From Antedon mediterranea (taxonomy: Eukaryota > Animalia > Echinodermata), in contig NC_092675.1 in assembly GCF_964355755.1 (NCBI RefSeq), positions 15,720,912-15,784,911 of the forward strand: a stretch of DNA of 64,000 nucleotides, read 5' to 3'. The notes under the pieces were generated by a model. That model saw only the letters and a program-made list of their open reading frames with translations. It searched no databases and was not told the DNA's origin. This document shows, one piece after another, positions 1-12,300 of this stretch; the stretch's first letter is position 1; every line of letters begins with the position of its first letter. The position numbers and the translations under genes were made by a program.

Positions 1-1862
1 CTCAAATGACTATAGTTTAAACAGTATTAAACGGCATCGTACATTAATGTTATTTGCTGTTTATTCTAAGTTTATCCTATTCTTTATCACTGTGCTCAAA
101 TATACCAAAATGACTATAATTTAGAACAGGGTTAAACTGGATCGTACATTAATGTTATTTGTTGTATATTGTTAAGTTTATCCTATTCTTTATCACTGTG
201 CTCAAGTATACCAAAATGACTATAGTCGAGAACAGGGTTAAACTGGATCGTTCATTAATGTTATTTGTTGTATATTGTTAAGTTTATCCTATTCTATATC
301 ACTGTGCTCAAGTATACCAAAATGACTATAGTCGAGAACAGTGTTAAACGGGATCGTACATTAATGTTATTTGTTGTATATTATTAAGTTTATCCTATTC
401 TTTATCACTGTGCTCAAGTATACCAAAATGACTATAGTTGAGAACAGTGTTAAACGGGATCGTACATTAATGCTATTTGTTGTATATTGTTAAGTTTATC
501 CTATTCTTTATCACTGTGCTCAAGTATACCAAAATGACTATAGTTGAGAACAGTGTTAAACGGGATCATACATTAATGTTATTTGTTGTATATTATTAAG
601 TTTATCCTATTCTTTATTACTGTGCTCAAGTATACCAAAATGACTATAGTTAAGAACAGTGTTAAACGGGATCGTACATTAATGCTATTTGTTGTATATT
701 GTTAAGTTTATCCTATTCTTTATCACTGTGCTCAAGTATATCAAAATGACTATAGTTGAGAACAGTGTTAAACGGGATCATACATTAATGTTATTTGTTG
801 GTTGTATATTATTAAGTTTATCCTATTCTTTATCACTGTGCTCAAGTATACCAAAATGACTATAGTTGAGAACAGTGTTAAACTGGATCGTACATTAATG
901 CTATTTGTTGTATATTGTTAAGTTTATCCTATTCTTTATCACTGTGCACAAGTATACCAAAATGACTATAGTCGAGAACAGTGTTAAACGGGATCATACA
1001 TTAATGTTATTTGTTGTATATTGTTAAGTTTATCCTATTCTTTATCACTGCGCTCAAGTATACCAAAATGACTATAGTTGAGAACAGTGTTAAACGGGAT
1101 CGTACATTACTGTTATTTGTTGTATATTGTTAAGTTTATCCTATTCTTTATCACTGTGCTCAAGTATTTACCAAAATGACTATAGTCGAGAACAGTGTTA
1201 AACGGGATCGTACATTAATGTAATTTGTTGTATATTATTAAGTTTATCCTATTCTTTATCACTGTGCTCAAGTATACCAAAATGACTATAGTTGAGAACA
1301 GTGTTAAATGGGATCGTACATTACTGTTATTTGTTGTATATTGTTAAGTTTATCCTATTCTTTATCACTGTGCTCAAGTATTTACCAAAATGACTATAGT
1401 CGAGAACAGTGTTAAACGGGATCGTACATTAATGTTATTTGTTGTATTTTATTAAGTTTATCCTATTCTTTATCACTGTGCTCAAGTATACCAAAATGAC
1501 TATAGTCGAGAACAGTGTTAAACGGGATCGTACATTAATGCTATTTGTTGTATATTATTAAGTTTATCCTATTCTTTATCACTGTGCTTAAGTATACCAA
1601 AATGACTATAGTTGAGAACAGTGTTAAACTGGATCGTACATTAATGTTATTTGTTGTATATTATTAAGTTTATCCTATTCTTTATCACTGTGCTCAAGTA
1701 TACCAAAATGTCTATAGTTGAGAACAGTGTTAAACTGGATCGTACATTAATGCTATTTGTTGTATAGGCCTATTGTTAAGTTTATCCTATTCTTTATCAC
1801 TGTGCTCAAGTATACTAAAATGACTATAGTTGAGAACAGTGGTAAACTGGATCGTACATTAA
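1..1862. repeat. Tandem satellite, 106-bp unit, about 17 copies, truncated by the left window edge
   Basis: CTCAAGTATACCAAAATGAC recurs at 201, 307, 413 and onward (period 106). Units are nearly identical with no unique spacers. Confidence 0.97.
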
Positions 1863-2314
1863 TTTTATCCTTTGCTTTACTGTGCTTTGATTTGATAAGC
1901 AAGTTTGGTTGCCCCGCCCCCATATGCTGCCTACTAAATTAGGATTCCCTAGCTTTTCTATAAAAATTGAAGTACCCACAATGCACGTTATACGGAAGTC
2001 ATAGTCTTGTAAAATACAGACACAATAGTTTTTATCGTATTGTTTTCATTTAAATATCACTAAGATTGTCTTAAACTACAAACAACTAAAATTAGTGAAG
2101 GTATGCAAGTGTTTCTAAATGTTTACTACTGGTAGTATTAATACAATTTGGATTATATCATTTTCCAGAAAGGTAGAAAAAAACATAAAATAGTTGAGAA
2201 TTCTCAACTAGCCAGGATGGTATAGGAAATATAGCTCCCGATTCTCACCAAACTTAGCCACAATGATCAATGACTCATCATATAATTGTGGTTAAATTTT
2301 GAAGTGTGAGGGTC

Positions 2315-2393
2315 AAAAAAATCTCAGCGGGACTTGAACCAGCGATTTCAACTGTGAGAGGCTGGATACAACCATTACACCAAACGCTCATCC
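2315..2393 (-). other. tRNA-derived (Glu-like) Pol III cassette remnant, not an intact tRNA
   Basis: The minus strand reads TGGTGTAATGG (A box), CTCTCAC (anticodon-loop-like, CTC), GGTTCAAGTCC (B box), then a T7 run. The acceptor stem does not pair properly. Confidence 0.55.
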
Positions 2394-2458
2394 ACAACTT
2401 TTTAGTGTGCAGTTAGCCTATTTACACTAATAAAAAATATTTAACAAATATATATATA

Positions 2459-3935
2459 CTAGCAATTATACCCGCCCCAGGGCGGGTTTCAAAACCAGTT
2501 TAAAGGCTTCTCAGTATATAACACACGACGCCAGTATGTCCCTATACTTACCACACCCCACACTCTTTTTGGAAAACAAACTTTTCCCACGACAAATTCA
2601 ACTTCAAGTGAGTGGGGTGTACATAGCTACGATAGGCCTATGGTTTAAGTACGTTGTGAACTTTGTAAATGAATTGGTGTCATATTGGCTGATAATTAAA
2701 ATATCTAATTTTGATCTGCGGGCCCCCAGCCTTCTTTCTCCTCTCACCATCCCAGCCACAATTAACAACCCTTAACAACTCTACCACAGGACAGTTCACA
2801 GTTAGTAACTTTTCCTAGTACAATCGCAATCATATACTTCATTACTTCCCTCCTAACACACCCCAGATTCTGGGTGATGTGTTTAAGACGATTCTAGACA
2901 AATTATGTTAGCCATCACTCCCAACCCATAATCCCTCAGTGGCAGTTTTCAAATGTAGTAAATTCCCAGTATAGTTTCAGTCATGGGAATAGGCCTACTT
3001 CCTCACCCCACCTAGCCTAAGGAAAATCCCCTAAACCCCAACTTTTACACCCTATCTCCCAACCTCCCTCTCCCACCAATTACCCTCTCCCTTTTCGAAA
3101 TGTAGTTTAAAACTTTCCCGGTACAATTGCAATCATTTTGATACCCCATATGTATGGTTATGTGCAGAAACATAGTGGGATACCCCACATGTAGAAACAG
3201 AAATTTGTATAACGAACAAACATCGAAAGTGGGCCATTCTGAACACATTTTGACGCCTAACATGGATCCTAGATGGCGGAAGTTGTGATATGGTAGTAGA
3301 ACACAGTAACAGTAAATAACTGTATATGTTCACACAGGAATAGATCTCTCTAATGAGACAATCCAGGAGACCGATACATAGCTAGATATGGTTAAAGTAT
3401 GTTGCTGAATGTGTAATTGAATAGGTGTCATATTGGTTAATGAATAAAATATGTATATCTATACGCCTTGCTGAGGATAATTAAAATACTGTAAAACTTT
3501 TGTAGTATAATTTTACAATTCGATAGCCTACAACCCCGAGCCCTAGAAAAAATGACATCACAAACCACCACACCACCCCCCCCCCCCACCACCCCTCCGA
3601 CAAAAACCCCAAGAGCCGGGGGAATTTTTTAAAATGTAGTTTAAAACCTTCCGGGTACAATTGCCATCATTTTGATACCCCATACGCATGGTTACGTGCA
3701 GAAACAGAAATTTGTATAACGAACAAACATCGAAAGTGGGGGGTTTGACCACATTTTGGTCCCTAACTTGGATCCTAGGTGGCGGATGATGTTGACATAT
3801 AGCTTAGAACATTCCCGGTACAATTGCGGTCATTTTGATACCCCATATGTAAGATTATGTGCAGTAACAAAATTTTGTATAACGAACAAACAGACAAACA
3901 AACAGACAGACAAACTCTCTCACTTATAATATAGA
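2459..3935 (-). mobile_element. Non-autonomous Helitron
   Basis: The minus strand begins A|TCTATATTATAAG followed by a (TGTY)n microsatellite. It ends with a CCCGCC/GGCGGG hairpin about 10 nt before CTAG|T. The segment CCGGTACAATTGC..CATTTTGATACCCCATA occurs three times internally (~3118, ~3651, ~3815). The 5' end could alternatively be 3944. Confidence 0.8.
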
Positions 3936-3944
3936 TAATATAGA

Positions 3945-4160
3945 TATTTTCCGGGGACATTTTATGTAAGGAAATTTTAGAGTAGGCGGAGGTTTGTACT
4001 CTCGGAGTAGGCCTACCCGTCCGAGCTTTTGGGGCATAGATCATTGTGAAAAAATTTGGAGAATCGGCTAAAAACTGTGGCCTCCAAGCTGTTCACAGAC
4101 ACACACACACACACGCAAACATACAGGGGTGAAAATATAACCTCCTTGGCGGAGGTAATG
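3945..4160. mobile_element. End of a Helentron/DINE-1-like non-autonomous element
   Basis: A (CA)n microsatellite at ~4096-4115 is followed by the terminal hairpin TAACCTCCTTGGCGGAGGTAAT (4138-4159). It probably continues at ~2180-2450, on the other side of the Helitron. Confidence 0.5.
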
Positions 4161-4164
4161 AACA

Positions 4165-4740
4165 TAGTAATTGGTTTAAATTATAACATAATTTTAACGC
4201 AAATTCAACGTTGAAAACAATACGTCATTTAATTGCGAATTGTCAACTAAAATTCAACTTGATTTCAATGTTGAAATAATATTAATAAATTAACATAATT
4301 AGTTAAATTACAACATAATGTTAACGTAAATTCATCGTTGAAAACATGATGTCATTTTATTCGAAATTGTCAACTAAAATTCAACGTGATTTCAACGTTG
4401 AAATAATATTAATAAATTAACATAATTAGTTAAATTACAACATAATGTTAACGTAAATTCATCGTTGAAAACATGATGTCATTTTATTCGAAATTGTCAA
4501 CTAAAATTCAACGTGATTTCAACGTTGAAATAATATTAATAAATTAACATAATTAGTTAAATTACAACATAATGTTAACGTAAATTCATCGTTGAAAACA
4601 TGATGTCATTTTATTCGAAATTGTCAACTAAAATTCAACGTGATTTCAACGTTGAAATAATATTAATAAATGAACATAATAATTGGTTTAAATTACAACA
4701 TCATTTTAACGGTAAATAAACGTTGAAAACATGTAGTTGT
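4165..4740. repeat. 127-bp tandem repeat, about 4.5 copies, rich in the AACGTT palindrome
   Basis: TTAACGTAAATTCATCGTTG occurs at 4321, 4448 and 4575. Confidence 0.9.
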
Positions 4741-5119
4741 AATTTTAAACAAAAATGCAAACATAATATATAACTTTGTCGTGGGTGTATGCATGTATGC
4801 ATGTGTGCAATTTCGTACTCGATATGCATCTGTGTGTAGAGAGGAATAGTTAAAATAAGAAAAATATGAAAAAAAGTGGATAATACATATAAAAGTATAA
4901 AGTAAATATATATATATATATAACTGACCGAACTGTTTCGATCAAATCGTATAAAAGATAAAAGAAAGTACAAGAAAATGACTGGAAAAAAAAAATATCA
5001 GAATAACAAGGGAATATTATATTTGAAGTGTAAAATCATTGTATTGATCATTTGAGAATGAAATGAATAAAATAGTGGTTAACGCCACAAAAGAGGAAAA
5101 AAAACAAAAATGCAAACAA

Positions 5120-5384
5120 AAATTCAATGTAATTTCAACGTTGACTCAACATTGATAAATTAACGTAAATTAATAGTTAGAAATACAAGGTTATTTCAAC
5201 GTTGTATCAACGTTAATGATTAAACACAAAACATTTGTTAAATGTTGATATAACATTTATAAAAAAAGTGTCATTTCAACGTTAATTCAATGTTAATTAA
5301 TAAAAAATCAACATGATTTTAACGCATCAACTGTATTTCAACATTGATTCAACGTTGAAATTATGTTCTGTGTGCCCACTGGGG
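5120..5384. mobile_element. One end of a TIR element with AACGTTG subterminal repeats, ending GTGCCCACTGGG
   Basis: Clustered TTCAACGTTG motifs end in a GC-rich terminus. No matching opposite end was found. Probably the same element as the 127-bp array. Confidence 0.45.
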
Positions 5385-6294
5385 TACTAATGCTAGTATG
5401 TTATAATCTATAACTTTCCATGTATAAAGCCATTTGTTCGTAGGCATTATTTTAAAGTTAATGTGCGCCATCTTTCGTTCTTTTATCTTTTTGTGTCCAT
5501 ACCTTTTCCCATTCAATATCTATATTAAGTTCTCTTTCCCATTTTACTTGAAATTTAATTGGAGAGGTAAATCTATTTCTAATAATATTTGTATAAATAT
5601 CGTTATTTTTTAAGTTAAGCATTCTGTTTCATTTCTAACTTCATGGTTATTAACATCTGCATTTTGATTATTTATCTTTGTTTAAGATTAATATAAAAAA
5701 AAAATAACAAGAAATATTTCTTAAAAATAACGCCGCTCGCTTAACACGGAAAAATATTTTTTATTTCAAATTTGATTTTGAATGCGTCATTTCATTGTCA
5801 CATAACCAAACAATTACCTGAAAAAATGTAATTTAAAGCAAAAAATATTTAAATTGTCTGTCAGACAATGGTTTTTGGGTTATAACTAAACGTTTCTTTT
5901 CTCTTTTTATACGTGAATTATTATTACTTTTTGGGTTACAGAAGAAAATAACTTTTGTATTTGAAGTAATGCACCTTGTATTTAAACATAGTGACTACGA
6001 TCCCGTCCCCTTTTTCACGCATTTCATTCAAGCTAAAAACTAGCGTGGAACATCAAGTCACTCATATACTGTACAAGGCAGACTAGACTGGACAAGTTTA
6101 ATGCTGAAAACTCCCTAACTCCTAAAAAAATCAGTAAACAAACAAGAGGAAAGCTGTCTCTTTTTTATTAGCAAGTTAAGGGTTATTTTCAACCGTCTGG
6201 ACGGGACTAATCACAATCAATTTTTTCCACCAGTCCATGTGGTTAACCATAGAGATATTTTCTCTATGGGTTAACACAATCTCCATCTTCATTA

Positions 6295-6472
6295 GGAGGC
6301 CTGCTTTATTTTCGTAACAACACGAGGCCTGTGGAAAATGTTTTTTACTACAAAATAAAAACAATAGAAACAGAAATTTTGCTGTACTATATTTTTGTAA
6401 AATAAATTTATTTTGTAGTATAAAAAAATTTTCCCCATGCCTCGTGTTGTTACGAAGATAAAGCAGGCGTCG
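6295..6472. mobile_element. Hairpin MITE, mariner-like, TA-flanked
   Basis: GCCTGCTTTATTTTCGTAACAACACGAGGC (~6299) pairs with GCCTCGTGTTGTTACGAAGATAAAGCAGGC (~6439). The inner arms also pair. TA on both sides. Confidence 0.7.
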
Positions 6473-9332
6473 TACGCTAAAACGGTCTAACGCCATGGTT
6501 GTAAGTTTATTCTCCAAGGGCCCATACATTTACCTACTTGTGTTAAACCAATGGCTCATAATATTTACCTACAAACTGGGAGGCTGATTGGAATGTTCCA
6601 TTCATCGTAAATCAATACATTTGTATAAACGTATATTAAATCTATCAAAATAGTATTTTTTAAAGAAAATTTTCAACATTATCATACTGTACTCCTCGAG
6701 CTGTTCAAACGGTTTTCAGCTAATACTACTAAAAACAATTATCGTAGGAGGAGAAAAAGATAACTTTATATACCATCGAGTTAACATTCTAGAAATGCCC
6801 TTACGTAAATTTATATATAGACTAGTAAGCTCGCTCTCCCTCTAGGAAGTGTAGACGATGGTTCTCGGAATGATAATGTTCTCCTTGTACGTTTTCTGTC
6901 GGTTACCATTATTAAAAATGCTTGACATTCGTAAAACTAAGCTACTCTGTTTCACAGTGTCTTAGATGATAAACTAACTTCCGTGACAGAGTGGGCCCAA
7001 AAAAAAAGACATTACGGCTTGCAACATGGCCAGACATCTCGGTCCTAACGGGACACAGATAGCCTACAGTTATTCCTGCCAGCTTACTCAATCAACTATC
7101 GGGATTTCACTCGATTATAAACAAAATGTCTTATCATCAAATCCCCCTATGTAATTTTATAATACTATTTCCCACAATATATTCCGATTCTTTATGGCGT
7201 ATATTTAATTTGATCTTTATTAATTTGCAGTATGATTTTTATTTTTTAACTACTGTACCTTCACACACGCGTGGTCCGTTCCTTAAGCTCCAGTCCTACT
7301 ATCGGGTTTTTCTTCTGTCTTCCAAAGGGACACTGTATTGATTGATGGAAAGTGCCTGTTTCCAGTCACCTTTAGGGTCAAATATAATATTTTAACTGCT
7401 CTCTTGTGTATAAAAGAGAGAAAATAGTTGAAACCAGGTTGTTGCAAGGTGAACCCGGAAATTACTTTGACCCGCGAAGAATTGAAATTGAGTTGAAAAT
7501 CTACTGTTGAAATCATAAATTGTGTTAAAAAATATGGAACAATAGCGTCGATGTGAAAACGAATGTTATCAAATCTACGTTTCGCGGTGGTACATCTGAG
7601 ATAGATAAGGTAGGTATCCAAGGCGGAGATTTGTACCGAAGTTTTTGCATTGTGCTCGCCTATGTCAGAATTAACCATAAATTTATATATAGATACTGGC
7701 CTAGGTTGACAACAAGAACAGTCATTATTTATTGAACAAGATTTGACAGATTACCGTCTACATGCATCTGTAATACTGTATTATTAGCAAATGTTTTCAT
7801 AGACTCTCTTCACCCAGACGTGCGTTGGGGTTTCGAATTTGAGCATGACCCGTCCTAGTTTACAAATTATCAAAAACGTCAGCCTCTAGAACTATAACTT
7901 GCTGCTTGATATAGCTTCTGAATGAGTAGTCCTTATGTAGCTGGCTAAAGCAGCAGCGTGAAAATTAAATACAGTCTACCTTTCACATAGAAAACAAAAG
8001 CGTCTATGTATTGAAAAGGTTTATACAATTTGTTATTAGCATTGTAATTATAATACTAAATATTAATTAAGATCTTGGTGATGAAAGATTTAACTGTGAT
8101 GTTATTCATTACAATTAATAGAATTATGTATCTATTTAGGACTTCCGATACAAAGTATTCATAGTATATACCATACTCACACAACACTGATCACGTCATT
8201 GCTATTTTGATATTAAGCAAGACAATATTCGCTAGTTATTAAAGATATAAGTCTTCTCCACGCAAAAATGTTTGTATCAGCTATAGGTTAAATGTCAAAA
8301 TAAGGTGTATTTTAACATTTTGTGTATTTCTGTTGTATTAGAGCAAATATAAATATATATTTTGCGAGTAATTTCAGACTACAATTATAACTTTCTTACT
8401 AGTAATTGCTGAGATGGCTATTTTATTGTCACATGGTAAAAAATAAAGTTTCAATGTTTTGCTGTCTATTTTTAGGTGGATAGCAAGAAACAACACCCAT
8501 GAAATGTTCCGGTTCCGTCTGAGAAATGCATATAGGTGAATCTGCATTATCCATAGGCGGCTGATCCAGAGAGAGATCCAAAAATTAAATTCAGCACTTC
8601 GCCCTCGCAAATCCTTCCCCGCTCCAACCCAAACCCTCTAATTCAAAATCTTGGATCCGTCATCCTAATGTTGGGAAGACTGGGGGAGGGGGACAATTAC
8701 TGCAAGTAGATGTACATTTGTGTGGATTTGTGTTTTGTTTATTGTACATTGTATGGACAAAAAATGCATTTTTAAAAAAAATGGGTTTTTTCCCACCAAA
8801 TTGGATGCCATATTCGACTCGATTCATCAGATTCAGATTCAGATTCAGATAATATTTATTTAGATAATAATGAATGAATATATACAAAATAGAAAAAAGA
8901 TATTAAAGTGAACATAGATAAAGCAGTAATTGGTAGTCATTATTATCATGGATCACTTCTAGAAGTTAAAAACTTGTCTCGTAGGGACCCACAACAAAAC
9001 ACATTACTAAAAAAATAAAAATAACCTAGAATATAAAATTATATAATTTAGGATAAAAAATTACAGTATAATAACATAACTAACATCTTCTTTATAAAAA
9101 TTATTTAAATTATATTTCAATAGTTTCATGATAATTATAAATGAAATAACTACCGATATTGGTAAATGAAAAAAAAAAATATGTATACATAAATTATAAT
9201 TCCAGTATATATAGTATATACTATATATACATTATATATAGAATAGATTAAAGATTGCAATAATAAACAACTAATATTTTGTGTAAGACATAAATAGTAT
9301 ATGAGTATAAATAATGATAATAAGCATATTAA

Positions 9333-12300
9333 CTAAGCAGTATAATATTTAGATATATAACGATTCTTTAACTTTTTTCGGAAAGTAAATAATGATATTG
9401 ACGTTTTGATATTTGGTGGGATATGATTCCACAAATTAGGACCTGATATAGTTATAAAAAATTTAGTTTTAGTAAGTCTAGCAAAAGGAATGTTTAAATG
9501 AGAAGTTCTTAAATTGTAATTGTGAAATTTGGTGCGTTTACAGAGCATATCAATCATAGAAATAGGAAGTTGGTTTTTAAAATAATTAAACATAAAACTG
9601 GCAACTTGAACATTGTGGATATCCGTTAATTTTAATATACCAAGACGTTTAAAAAGGGGTTCAGATGAGGTTCTATATGGTGAAAAAGTAATAATTCTAG
9701 CTGCACGTTTTTGTAATTTAGTTAATCTAGCAATATTAGAAGAGTAATCTGCAGCCCAAATAATGTTACAATACTGGAAATAAGGAAGTACAAGTGTGTT
9801 ATAAAGAGAAATTAAAATATTTAGAGGGACGAAACGTAATTTTGATGACTGGTCCATTTGAGGTTTTCATGAATATATACACCTAAAAAAAGTGTTTCAG
9901 TTTGCGTTCAATTTGAATTCCGCCAAGAAGTATATTTAGGTCATCAACTTTTAGTTTACGTTGAGAATTGTGAAAAATTAAATAATTTGTTTTAAGAGTA
10001 TTAATAAGTAATTTGTTTGAAATAAACCAGTCACAAAATTTTGTTAATTCATCATTGAATGTAGTAAATAATAAATCAATATTGGAATTAGAGTAAAATA
10101 AGGTGGTGTCGTCGGCGAAGGATATTACTTGCAATTTGTTACTGACATTAGCCAGATCATTAACATAAATAAGGAAGAGCAATGGCCCAAGCACAGATCC
10201 CTGTGGCACTCCGCAAGTAATATCCATCGTCGACGATGTACAAGATCCTAATGCAACATATTGTTTTTTATCTTTCAAATAACTATTAAACCAATTCAAT
10301 GAAATACCTCTAATTCCATAGCACTCAAGTTTTTTAATTAAATTATCGTGATTAATAACATCGAAGGCCTTTGAAAGATCAATAAATAAACTTAATAAAT
10401 TTTCTTTTGATTCAAATGAATTTGTAATATTATTAATAAGATCTAAAACGGCATGGGATGTAGAGTGATTTTTTCGAAAACCATATTGGCGTTTATTAAG
10501 TATATCAAATTTTGTGAGATAATCAGAAAGTTTAGAATACATGAGTTTTTCAATAATTTTGGAAAACACTGAAAGTAGTGATATTGGCCGGTAATTAGAT
10601 AATTGACTTCGTTCACCTTTCTTGAAAATGGGCACAACTTTAGCTAGTTTTAAGTGTGTTGGAAAAGTGCCAGATAAAAAAGATGAATTTATACAATGGG
10701 TAAGTTGGTGGATGATTAAGGGAGATACAGATTTTAAGACACGAGCAGTAATACCGTCAGATCCAGACCCTTTATTAGAATTTGGATTGTATATAGTTAG
10801 GTTAACATCATCAATTGAAACTGGGCTAATATAAAATGAGTTGGCAAACGCAGAATGAAGATAAGATAATGGATCAGTTATATTAGTTGGCATACTATTA
10901 ATAAGATTAGGACCAATTGTAGAAAAATAGTTGTTAAACGATTCACATATCTCTTTTTGAGTTTTGTAAATATTATCACCGTCTTTAATTAGATTCGGGT
11001 GCTTGTTATTATTATTACCTTTTTTTAAAACAGAATTTATTACAAGCCATGTGTTCTTCAGATTACCTTTATATCTATCAAACTGGGAAGTATAATAATT
11101 CTTTTTAGCAGTGCGACAAAGATTAGTGAAAATATTATTATATTTTGTATAGTTTAATTTGTCATTATTACTACGTGTGTGCATATATTTGTTATAAAGT
11201 TTATGTTTCCGAGAACTACATTTTAAGAGAGCAGATGACATCCATGGTTGTTTAAACGTTTTATTTGATTTTATACTACTTTTAACCAAGTGTCTGGAGT
11301 GGATATTTGTAAATGTTTCAATAAATATATCAAAACTCAATCTTGGGTCACAATCAAATATCATAGACCAGTCTTCACCTTCTAAATCAATCGATAAGTC
11401 ATTTAGGTCGTTTATACGAAATGAATAGTTGGCGCTATTATCATCAAGGTTTTGATCATTAATTTCTTGATCAATGAACTGAAATATAGGAAGGTGGTCG
11501 GAGATATCATTAAGTAAAACACCAGCAACTATTTTATAGTTAGATTGTTTGGAATAAAAATGATCAATCAAGGTGGCCGAAGTTGAGGTAATCCTAGTTG
11601 GTTTTGAAATAGTTGGAAAAAAAGAATGGGAAATTAAGGTATTTAGGTAGGTGTTTGTCAATTTATGGTTATTACTCTAGTAGCTAGATCAACTTTCGTA
11701 TGCAGAAAGAATTCCAGAGAATTTGACTTCAGAAATTGGTTTAGGGTGGTCAAACAATCATTTTTGGCTTGGTTACACATTTTGAAAATGTGGCGAAAGG
11801 TCAAAAGGTCAGGTCAAAGGTTATAAGATCAAACAAAATTATGTCCTTAAATCTCGACAACCACTGGTCACAGCGAGGTAATTTTGGTCTCAAATTGATC
11901 AAAAGGTATACATTCATATTCAGTCTAATGAAACATTTTAGTCGAAAATGACCGGAAATGCCATTTCTGACCTTTGACCCATAAACCAGGGCATGTCTGT
12001 ATCTCCGTAACTATTGGCCGTAGAGACTTGAATTTGGGCTCAAATTGTTCGAAATATACATTTAGTTATTTGTTACACATTTTGAACAATGTTACAAAAG
12101 GTCAAAAGGTCAAGGCCAGGGGTTATATGAATAAACACAAATAGGTATTTGTATCTCGGCAACCACTGGTCACAGCGAGTAAATTTTGGTCTCAAAATGT
12201 TCAGAAGCTATACATTCATATTCAGTCTAATGAAAAATTTTAGTAAAAAATGACCGGAAATGACATTTCTGACCTTTGACATACATACCAGGGCCTCTTC

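Noticed and set aside
1-1862. CRISPR-like array
   Set aside because: The units are contiguous near-identical monomers without unique spacers, there are no cas genes, and the context is eukaryotic.
2324-2393. Functional tRNA-Glu gene
   Set aside because: The acceptor and anticodon stems do not pair properly, so it is reported only as a tRNA-derived remnant.
7283-7678. 131-aa minus-strand ORF, possibly a terminal exon
   Set aside because: No recognisable motif and no partner exons were found. It cannot be supported without a search, though it is not excluded.
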